Positions 55,466 to 64,000 of a DNA stretch of 64,000 nucleotides are shown here, in pieces. The notes beneath the pieces were generated by a model. It did no database searches and had not been told where the DNA came from. It saw nothing but the letters and a program-made list of their open reading frames with translations. The stretch is from positions 352,001 through 416,000 of the forward strand of contig CBDEUM010000014.1 in NCBI GenBank assembly GCA_965242925.1, written 5' to 3'. This DNA comes from Roseibacillus sp. Lineage in GTDB: Bacteria; Verrucomicrobiota; Verrucomicrobiia; Verrucomicrobiales; Akkermansiaceae. A program made the translations under genes and the position numbers. The number at the start of each line of letters is the position of its first letter. Position 1 is the stretch's first letter.

Positions 55466-56537
55466 GACCCGACCCATATCCCGTCCCCGCAGGAATGCCA
55501 AAAGGTTTTTCCTGCTGCTGACAGTGCTTGCTCTCGGGAGCGGACTGCTGTGGGTCGTCCCCTGGTTCAAGAATCGCGTTGGGAGAGGGCAACGGAACAA
55601 CCCGCCCGAACTGACTGAGGTTGACTCCGGCGATCGCCCCCTCATGGGCACTACTGCACGCATCGTGGTCCATGTTGGGGACGTGGAAAAAGGACAGGCC
55701 GCCATCGAGGCCGCCTTCCAGCGGGCCGAGGAGATCAACGCCATCTGCAGTGACTATAACCCGGAGAGCGAGATCATGAGACTCTGCCGTGAGCCCATCA
55801 ACCGCCCCATTCCAGTCTCCGGGACCCTGGCTGCCGTCCTCGCCCACGCCCGGACCATCGCGGAGCTCACCGAGGGCTCCTTTGACCCCACCCTGGGGGG
55901 CTTCACCAAGCTCTGGCGCAGATCGAAGCGGAAGCAGGAACTTCCCGATCCCGTTCTCCTGAAGAGAGCGCGCCAGGCTGCGGGATGGGAAAAATTCGAG
56001 GTCGAGATTGAGAATCGCGTGGTCATCGTGAAGGACGAAAACCTCCTCTTTGATCTGGGCGGGATCGCCAAGGGATACGCCGCCGATGAAATGCTCAGCG
56101 TGATCACCGCCCGGGGGATTCCCTCCGCGATGGTGGCGGTGGCGGGCGATGTCCGACTGGGAGCCCCACCCCCCGGCCGGATCGGATGGGCGGTCGGCAT
56201 CAGGACCCTCGGGGCGGACATCGAGCAGATTATCCAAGTCTCCAATTGTGCTGTCTCCACCTCCGGAGATCTCGAGCGTTACGTGGAAATAGAGGGAACG
56301 CGCTACTCGCATATCATTGATCCCGGCACGGGCCTCGGCCTCACCCGCCGCATCGCCGCCACGGTGGTCGCACCCACCGCCGTGCAGAGTGACCCGCTGG
56401 CCACCTTCTGCTGCATCAGGCCCGAACTCGCCCGGAAAGTCTTCGCCGCCGGGGAAATCTCCTGCCGCATCGTCGGTCTGGGAGGCGGGCCCTACGATCA
56501 CAGGACCCAGCAGTTTCCCGCCTTCACCCTCCCCTAG
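55464..56537 (+). CDS. apbE: FAD:protein FMN transferase
   Basis: LMGT, FDPTLG, DLGGIAKGYAAD, STSGD and YSHIIDPGTG motifs; N-terminal TM anchor. Confidence 0.95.
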   Translation: MTRPISRPRRNAKRFFLLLTVLALGSGLLWVVPWFKNRVGRGQRNNPPELTEVDSGDRPLMGTTARIVVHVGDVEKGQAAIEAAFQRAEEINAICSDYNPESEIMRLCREPINRPIPVSGTLAAVLAHARTIAELTEGSFDPTLGGFTKLWRRSKRKQELPDPVLLKRARQAAGWEKFEVEIENRVVIVKDENLLFDLGGIAKGYAADEMLSVITARGIPSAMVAVAGDVRLGAPPPGRIGWAVGIRTLGADIEQIIQVSNCAVSTSGDLERYVEIEGTRYSHIIDPGTGLGLTRRIAATVVAPTAVQSDPLATFCCIRPELARKVFAAGEISCRIVGLGGGPYDHRTQQFPAFTLP

Positions 56538-56643
56538 TATTGCTGCCCCAACTGGTGGTAGTTCCTGCCGTGCCGCTGCCGACACCGGGCCGGACCCAGA
56601 AAATTCTCGCAAACTCCTCCCCACCACCTTTCATCTCCGCGCT

Positions 56644-57809
<1,166 letters not shown>

Positions 57810-57813
<4 letters not shown>

Positions 57814-58643
57814 AGAAAACCACATTCAACCAGATCGTTTTCAGCCTGGCCACCATCGCATGGGGGATCGTGCCGGTCTATTTCTACGCCTGGGGCCTCA
57901 TCGATAAATACCTCAACGAGTCCTTTCACCTGATCGCTCTCATCGGCGGACTGGCCATGATGGTCCTCGGCCTCTTCAACCTCATTCATGCCAGTCGCCA
58001 CCTGAGCTGTGGACACGATCACAGCCATGAGCACGGGAAGAAAGACGATCACGGACCGGCCCACGACCACCACGAGCAGAACCCCGTAGCCGCCCTTTGC
58101 CTCATGATTTTCCCGGTCATCCTCTGCACCGGCTTTACCAAGCACGAATATTCCAAGGAGGCCCTCCGCTGGAAAGGGCTCTATAAGCAGCGGACCCTGC
58201 GTTCGCTCTACTCCAACTACAATGCCGAGTTCACCCGAGAGCTTCTTGAGAAGCGAACCCCCAGGACCGGGGAGGGCAATTTCCTGCTTCAGTTCACCGA
58301 GCTCTACTGGTCGGCGGGCGATGAGAAGATCATGAAGATCTACGAGGGTTTGCCGGCCCAGCTTGAGGGACGACTCATCGAGGAGGACCCCGATCTCGAC
58401 CACGACGCCAACCGCAAGCGCCTCTACCGCGTGGTGATGACTTGCTGTGCCGCCGATGCCCAGGTGCTCGGGGTGCCCCTGCAATTTGGAGGTTCCCTTC
58501 CAACGCTGCCTGAGAAGAGCTGGGTGACGGCCAGGGGCAAGGTCGCTTTCGAGTTGATTGACGGGCAGTACTTCGCCTACCTCAAGGACTGTGAGGTGGA
58601 GGCCACTGAAGCTCCCGATCCCCGCGCACAGAGTCGCCGCTGA
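57810..58643 (+). CDS. DUF1980/YcgQ-type (TIGR03943-like) permease partner
   Basis: 3 TM segments, CGHDHSHEH loop, 'RVVMTCCAADAQ' motif; GTGA overlap with the permease. Confidence 0.88.
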
Positions 58644-58692
58644 CCACCTGCGGAGCGGGGGCCTTACAGGGCTGCCAGCTCATCTGATTCGC

Positions 58693-59682
58693 CTAGGGAG
58701 CATTCCCCGATTCCTCCCCGGACCCTGGCCCCTCCTCCGGAGCCTCCGACTCCCCAGCCGGCGGGGGCAGGGCAATCTGCCCCTTCACCGCCGCTTGGAA
58801 TTCTACAATCCAAGTCCCAATATCACGATGGGAGGGATAGGTTTCAAGGTGCTTCAGCATGCGCAGCGAGGCTCCCTTCTGGTCTCCCACCTGAAAGAGA
58901 TCCAATTCCTTCTGCCACTGAAGCTGCGGCCGGCGGACTTCGAGGAACTTCTCCATGGGGGCCGAGTGCTCTGGACGCCCCAGCCCCTTCCTCGGCTTGT
59001 TCCAGATCTCGATCATGGTCCCTTCGTGAAGAATGCGTCGTTCCCACGCCTGCTCAAGCTGACCCAGGGTCTTCACCTGGCGCAGGGAGGGCAGGACCAG
59101 TCCCTCGTAGACCGCATCCAGCTGCAACGGGGAGGTTGGCCAGTCGGTTATGTCAATGTTGTCGACCGAGTAGGCCTCGGCGAAAACGGTATCGAGCACG
59201 TTCTGGCGGAGCAGGTTCTGCGAGCCCTCAAGGTCCCTGGCATCCTTCAAGATAGTGTCGATATGATCGAGGGCCTTGGACCAGATCTGATCCCGTCCCT
59301 TTGGCTCCGAGGCGGTCTGGAGCGTAAGCAGCAGCCAGTTCAACTGGTGGCGCAGGGCGCGGCGGAAGGCCGGGGTGTCGGTCCGCTCCTTGTGGCGCCG
59401 CTTCCAGTCCCGGAAGTCACTGCCGCTCTTCTGCTTGTCCTCAAACTGCACCTTCTCTGTACAATTCAGGAAAAGAGCGTGCGCAGCAGCGTCACTTTGA
59501 ATGGCCGCCCGAAAGGCGGAGTGAGCAGTCGTATAACGGGCTCCGATGCGCTTCTGCGATCCCTCCCGCAGCTCCTTGATCTTGTCGAGCAGGAGTTGCA
59601 CATCGAGGGCACTCAGTTTCTCAGGTTCGCTCGATACGGGGAGCGTCAGCAGGGCCAGAAGGCAAAGGAACGTCGGCTTCAT
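58693..59682 (-). CDS. Hypothetical secreted helical protein
   Basis: 329-aa ORF with a signal peptide; no motif recognised. Confidence 0.7.
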   Translation of the reverse strand: MKPTFLCLLALLTLPVSSEPEKLSALDVQLLLDKIKELREGSQKRIGARYTTAHSAFRAAIQSDAAAHALFLNCTEKVQFEDKQKSGSDFRDWKRRHKERTDTPAFRRALRHQLNWLLLTLQTASEPKGRDQIWSKALDHIDTILKDARDLEGSQNLLRQNVLDTVFAEAYSVDNIDITDWPTSPLQLDAVYEGLVLPSLRQVKTLGQLEQAWERRILHEGTMIEIWNKPRKGLGRPEHSAPMEKFLEVRRPQLQWQKELDLFQVGDQKGASLRMLKHLETYPSHRDIGTWIVEFQAAVKGQIALPPPAGESEAPEEGPGSGEESGNAP

Positions 59683-59961
59683 CGTGAGGTAAACATTAGA
59701 GAACTCCCATTCTTTGCCAATTACTGCGGCGGATCAAAGGGATTTTTCAGTCCTTCGTTCACAACAGAAACTCACCGCCACTGGAAAAGTTGCAGGAAAA
59801 GAGGGATTACTCCCTCCGGCAGGGCTTACGATCCTCCGTCCTCAACTCTTGAAAGGAGGAAGCTCATGGTCTCGGTTGTCGGTTCCCCTACGAGGCGTGG
59901 CAGATTGCGGCATCCCCGCAGCTGCCGGAGAATCTCATCCCTCGGTGGAATGCGGGTAGCG

Positions 59962-60864
59962 TCAGAGCAGAGATTTCGCGGGCTTCCGGGTGCTCTGAAA
60001 TGAGTCCATGCGCTTTCCTCCAAGTCTCTCCAGGTGGCGCAGCACCCCTTCCACGCTCTCCTTGAGAGTGGACGTTCCCGCGGTGACCCCCACTACTCTG
60101 GCTCCGGAAAGCCATTGTTCCTGGATCTCTGTGGACCGGGTCACCCCTTCGGCCCGGCAACCCCGCCGGCGGGCCTTCTCAACGAGTTGTAAGGAATTGT
60201 TGGAATTGTGCCCGCCTACTACCAGGACAACCTCAGCCACGTCACAGAGTTGCTCGAGGGCCTTCTGGCGCTCCTTGGTGGGTTGGCAGACGGTGTCCTT
60301 GAATACCACCTCGGCAGCGGGATGACGCTGCCGGATCTTCTCGATCAGATCCTCCACCCGTTCGATCGGCTGCGTGGTCTGGGCCACTACCCCGAAGCGT
60401 TCGGAAAAAGGCAGGGCTTCTACTTCCGGATCGCTCAAAACCACGTGAGCTCCTGGGAAATCCCCCGTCAACCCCTCTACTTCCACGTGACCCTTCTTCC
60501 CTATCACGATCGGCGTATATCCCTCCAAAACCAGACGTGAAAGGGCCACATGCGCCTTGCGGACCAACGGACAGGTCGTGTCGGTCACTCGGTAGCCCGC
60601 ATCCTTCCAGCGCTTGCGATCCCGGTCCGCTGCTCCGTGGGCGGTCACGATGACATCCGTGGTGGCGGCCCCAGCCGCCTCAAGTTTTCCCTCCCGAGCC
60701 CCTAATGCGTTTAACCGCTGCCGTACCACTTCGTTATGCACCAGCTCCCCCAGGATCGTAGCCGGGCGCCGGGAGGACACCTTCTCAGTCGCCGCCAGGG
60801 CATCACGTACGCCAAAGCACATGCCGTAGTGCTGCGCCACCAAGATTCGAAATTGTGGTTTCAT
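59962..60864 (-). CDS. ispH: 4-hydroxy-3-methylbut-2-enyl diphosphate reductase
   Basis: GMCFGV, AHG, DTTCPLV, DTVCQPT, NSNNS and TAGTST motifs. Confidence 0.96.
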   Translation of the reverse strand: MKPQFRILVAQHYGMCFGVRDALAATEKVSSRRPATILGELVHNEVVRQRLNALGAREGKLEAAGAATTDVIVTAHGAADRDRKRWKDAGYRVTDTTCPLVRKAHVALSRLVLEGYTPIVIGKKGHVEVEGLTGDFPGAHVVLSDPEVEALPFSERFGVVAQTTQPIERVEDLIEKIRQRHPAAEVVFKDTVCQPTKERQKALEQLCDVAEVVLVVGGHNSNNSLQLVEKARRRGCRAEGVTRSTEIQEQWLSGARVVGVTAGTSTLKESVEGVLRHLERLGGKRMDSFQSTRKPAKSLL

Positions 60865-60885
60865 CCTTAAGCCGAAGTCACTCCT

Positions 60886-61440
60886 TTAAGGTTTTTTGTC
60901 TTGGTGCCGCTGTAAATCGGCGTGGTGGACATGGCCTTTCCCCGGGTGAACATGGCCAGTTTCTGGGCGTTCTTTTTCGAGTGCGTCAGGCTCTTCCTTT
61001 TTCTCTTTCGGGAACGAAATGGTCCCATCGTAGTGAATGACAACAAATTTCATTTCCATTGCCTTCAGCAACTTTTTCCTTTCTTCGATGGATTTTGCAG
61101 TTCTCAAGCCAGTTGGGAATTTAGTGACCATGACTCCCCAATCATCCGCAGCCCCTCCGCCTTTGACCATGGCAGCTAGAAAAAATTCGTCGTTTTGCTT
61201 CCACCCAAACCTCTTTTCGACCGCATCAAATGCTTTCTTCGGAATCCCCACTTGCCGGGCGATGGCGGAATAGAACTGGTCAGGATCCGGATACTCCTCG
61301 AGAGGCTTAACTCCTTCGATCCTGGTCTTATAAAGCTTCTCAAAGAACTCGACTTTCCTACGGTCCAGGGCCGCTTCGTCAGCGTAAGAAAACTGGGCCA
61401 GCAAAAGGCTCGTCCATATTGAGATAATACGTTTCTTCAT
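60886..61440 (-). CDS. Hypothetical secreted protein with His-rich tail
   Basis: Signal peptide; visibly more AT-rich than its neighbours. Confidence 0.65.
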   Translation of the reverse strand: MKKRIISIWTSLLLAQFSYADEAALDRRKVEFFEKLYKTRIEGVKPLEEYPDPDQFYSAIARQVGIPKKAFDAVEKRFGWKQNDEFFLAAMVKGGGAADDWGVMVTKFPTGLRTAKSIEERKKLLKAMEMKFVVIHYDGTISFPKEKKEEPDALEKERPETGHVHPGKGHVHHADLQRHQDKKP

Positions 61441-61442
61441 TT

Positions 61443-61880
61443 TCAGGGGTCCCCTTTTTTGACTTTGTAATGAATCCTGATGCCGTACCGGGATTCCACC
61501 TTGACTGCGTTGTTCTCTCTGTATTCGGGTGAATCATTCTCTTTGCAGGAGACCTCGAGGTTGTTGTCGTCGATCCAGCGCACCTCAATGTCCGTGAAGG
61601 CCTTCCAATCCTTGTGCTTGCCCATCAGGCCATCCAGTTGATCCAATTCCTCACCCGCTTTGCGCAGGTTGGCATTGAAATAGAAGTACCCTGCGGCCCC
61701 TCCTCCGGAGCAGGAGAAACTCGTGGCGACGTATTTTCCGTTGGGTGATTTCTTTTCACTGAGAATCTCCACCTCGTCATTCTCCCGGTCTCCGCCAACA
61801 TCTATACAACCAATCAGGAGCACGGGCAGGCAAAGCACCAACCCCAACAGGCACATCCTCTTTCTATGATACATTTTCAT
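61443..61880 (-). CDS. Hypothetical lipoprotein
   Basis: Lipobox-like LLIGC; SPNGKY...GGAA...VRWIDDNNLEV. Confidence 0.7.
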   Translation of the reverse strand: MKMYHRKRMCLLGLVLCLPVLLIGCIDVGGDRENDEVEILSEKKSPNGKYVATSFSCSGGGAAGYFYFNANLRKAGEELDQLDGLMGKHKDWKAFTDIEVRWIDDNNLEVSCKENDSPEYRENNAVKVESRYGIRIHYKVKKGDP

Positions 61881-61957
61881 CGGATCTTGAAATTGCCCGG
61901 AGCAAACAAGGCCCGGTCCGAGAACGCGGCGTCCAGTTGATCAGGGGCAATCACTCG

Positions 61958-62173
61958 CTAATTCTCAGGATGCGCTCTATCCTCGTGATCAATCCTGCGG
62001 CATGGCGCCCCATTCCGACAGGTTATGGCAAGGGCGATGAGCCCTGCTCCCTCCACTGTGACGAGGGGCCATAAAGCCTTGTTGAGCACCTCAGGTCCAA
62101 AGTCCTCGAGGGTTATGGCAGCCAGGCAGGCAAAGGCTCCCAAGGTTACAGCGGCAATAACGATTCGGTCCAT
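61958..62173 (-). CDS. Small hypothetical membrane protein
   Basis: Two hydrophobic segments starting at MDRIVIAAV. Confidence 0.4.
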   Translation of the reverse strand: MDRIVIAAVTLGAFACLAAITLEDFGPEVLNKALWPLVTVEGAGLIALAITCRNGAPCRRIDHEDRAHPEN

Positions 62174-62300
62174 TTTGATTCTCTGTTTTACTTTGCGCCA
62201 CAAAGTGAGACCGCCGGCGGCGAAAATCGTTCGACAAATGTGAGAATAAACGACCTCAGCCCGAAGATGCCGTGAAAGCCCCGCCCCTGCCCTGCGAAAA

Positions 62301-62600
62301 CTACTTCCCCAGGTCAACGATCTCCTCCAGGACCGAGAGGTAGGATTCAAAGGTCTTCCGTCCAGCGCTGGTCAGTTGATAGTGGGTCTGGGGACGTCCC
62401 CGCCCTCCCACTTTCCTGGAATCCACGTATCCGGCCTTCTCGAGGGTTCGGAGATGAGTGCTGAGATTCCCGTCACTCATCTGCAGTCCGGCCTTGAGGT
62501 CCTGGAAGGTCCAGGACTCTCCCCTCGAGGCCAGCAGGGTGACAATCCCGAGCCGGCCCTTCTCGTGGATGACCCGGTCGAGCTTGGAAAAATCAATCAT
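62301..62600 (-). CDS. Winged-helix transcriptional regulator (HTH_34-like)
   Basis: LDRVIHEKGRLGI...SDGNLSTHLRTLEKAGYV...TSAGRKTF. Confidence 0.92.
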   Translation of the reverse strand: MIDFSKLDRVIHEKGRLGIVTLLASRGESWTFQDLKAGLQMSDGNLSTHLRTLEKAGYVDSRKVGGRGRPQTHYQLTSAGRKTFESYLSVLEEIVDLGK

Positions 62601-62631
62601 GGCATTGCCAATTCGCCCCTGAGCGACCCTC

Positions 62632-63342
62632 TCAGGATTCCCCGCCTCCCGACTCTCCGTCTTCCTCCTTGCTGGCCTTCATCACAATCACCCCGTAAAC
62701 GAGGTGGAAGAATCCGAAGCAGAATCCCATGATCAGGCTGGCTTCCAGTATCAAACTCTCCATTCGATCCGGGGTTCCCAGGCCAGGCAGTCGATTTGCG
62801 CCATCACTCCACGAATAGAGGAAGGCGGCGAGGCCCGCGATAAGAAAGGCCAGCCCCAGACGTGGAATGGAAGCCGGGGCCAGTCCCCGCGTGGCAAGCA
62901 GGGCCAACCCATAACAGGTCACCCAGATCGAAGCACCGGACGCGGAATCCCCGTCCGCCTTCAACGTCAGCGCGATTCCAAGGACTCCGCCGACCAGCAT
63001 GGGCGGGATAAACGCCCGCAGCGCCATCTTGAGGCCCGGCGAGAAGAACGGTCGCCCTTCCCGTTTGGACTTTCGGGAGACCAGCATGACATTGAAAAGC
63101 GTGGTCAGAACAAGGGCAACCAACCAGCAGATGACCCACGAGCCTTCCGAGATCCCCTTTTCTCCCACCGTTCCCTCCAGGATGGCCGCCTGCTCCCTGA
63201 GAAAGAGGAGGGCCGCCAAGAGAACCGCCAGCGAGCCTCCAAACAAGGCTGTAGGCCATGAGATTGTGCGGTAGACCGTTGTCCGCTCCATCAATGACCG
63301 AATCACCTTGAGATGATTCGCGGCCTGCTCCCGCTCCGTCAT
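62632..63342 (-). CDS. Membrane protein (about 6 TM) paired with the wHTH regulator
   Basis: HLKVIRSLMER and FGFFHLVYG motifs; hydrophobic segments. Confidence 0.8.
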   Translation of the reverse strand: MTEREQAANHLKVIRSLMERTTVYRTISWPTALFGGSLAVLLAALLFLREQAAILEGTVGEKGISEGSWVICWLVALVLTTLFNVMLVSRKSKREGRPFFSPGLKMALRAFIPPMLVGGVLGIALTLKADGDSASGASIWVTCYGLALLATRGLAPASIPRLGLAFLIAGLAAFLYSWSDGANRLPGLGTPDRMESLILEASLIMGFCFGFFHLVYGVIVMKASKEEDGESGGGES

Positions 63343-63604
63343 GCCTTCAGTTTACAGGGTCTGGCAACTTGAATACAGACTGGAATCGGACCTCTTCAGC
63401 TCTTCCGCCCTCCCCCGGGACGATGCTGTCCGTCCCTCCCAAGGACTGTAAATTAAGGGAATATCCTTGCCAACTGTAACGCAATTGCCTAATTCCCCCG
63501 CCCCTTCCCCGCGCCGCCGAAAAACAACGGAGAGCCGAAGGAATCAATCCTGCGGCGGGCCCTCCACACAACAGAGCCTCTGTGAATCAACGGAGGACAT
63601 CAGA

Positions 63605-64000
63605 ATGATCAACGAACTCGTTAAGGAAATGGTGGAGGCGGGCGTCCATTACGGACACCAGACCCGCAAGTGGAATCCCGGGATGCGCCCCTACCTCATG
63701 AAGGACAAGGGAGGCATCCACATCATCAACCTCGAAGAGACCGTCCGCTGTCTCGACAAGGCCTCCGGCTTCATCGCCGAACTGGACGGTAAGAACCGCA
63801 AGATCCTCTTTGTCGGCTGCAAACAGCAGGCCCAGGAAGCGGTGCGCGAAGCGGCCGAAGCCTCCGGGCAATACTACGTCAACCACCGCTGGCTCGGGGG
63901 CACTCTCACCAATCTGGCCACCATCCGGCAATCCGTGGAACGCCTCAAGTACCTTGAGGGCATCGAAAAGGCTCCCGAGTACAAGGCCATGTCGAAAAAG
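63605..64000 (+). CDS. rpsB: 30S ribosomal protein S2 (partial)
   Basis: Manual translation MINELVKEMVEAGVHYGHQTRKWNPGM...HRWLGGTLTN; runs off the window. Confidence 0.97.
   Translation, partial: MINELVKEMVEAGVHYGHQTRKWNPGMRPYLMKDKGGIHIINLEETVRCLDKASGFIAELDGKNRKILFVGCKQQAQEAVREAAEASGQYYVNHRWLGGTLTNLATIRQSVERLKYLEGIEKAPEYKAMSKK

Noticed and set aside
63480..63604. rpsB autoregulatory leader RNA
   Set aside because: Plausible by position, but I could not identify a convincing conserved structure by eye.

Overview
GC-rich bacterial chromosomal DNA. Gene content and protein style suggest Verrucomicrobiales (inference). 1-25.3 kb: a long minus-strand surface-polysaccharide locus, open at the left edge. 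It has GT4 and WecG/TagA glycosyltransferases, Wzx/Wzy, Gmd/Fcl, a GDP-mannose 3,5-epimerase, WbpA/B/E/I-like genes plus a formyltransferase, KpsF, embedded cysC-cysD-cysN, a sulfotransferase-like protein and a FkbM methyltransferase. It is headed by a GbsR/MarR-type regulator and an RfaH/UpxY-type antiterminator; candidate operators (TTCA-N8-TGAA) and an ops-like site are visible. 25.5-43 kb: secreted proteins (beta-helix protein, sulfatase, matrixin-type protease, all with a shared C-terminal module), dnaE, a sigma-54-preceded glnB, a serpin and an ankyrin-L,D-transpeptidase. 43-64 kb: dapL, sodA, an rmuC with altered catalytic motif, a sugar-oxidation cluster (DUF1080, three Gfo/Idh/MocA, MFS, FGE-fold protein, ApbE), a probable selenoprotein peroxiredoxin (in-frame UGA plus SECIS-like hairpin), a permease pair with a (DH)28 repeat, ispH, hypothetical genes and the start of rpsB. 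No tRNA, rRNA, CRISPR or transposase was recognised. All calls come from reading motifs by eye; no database searches were run.
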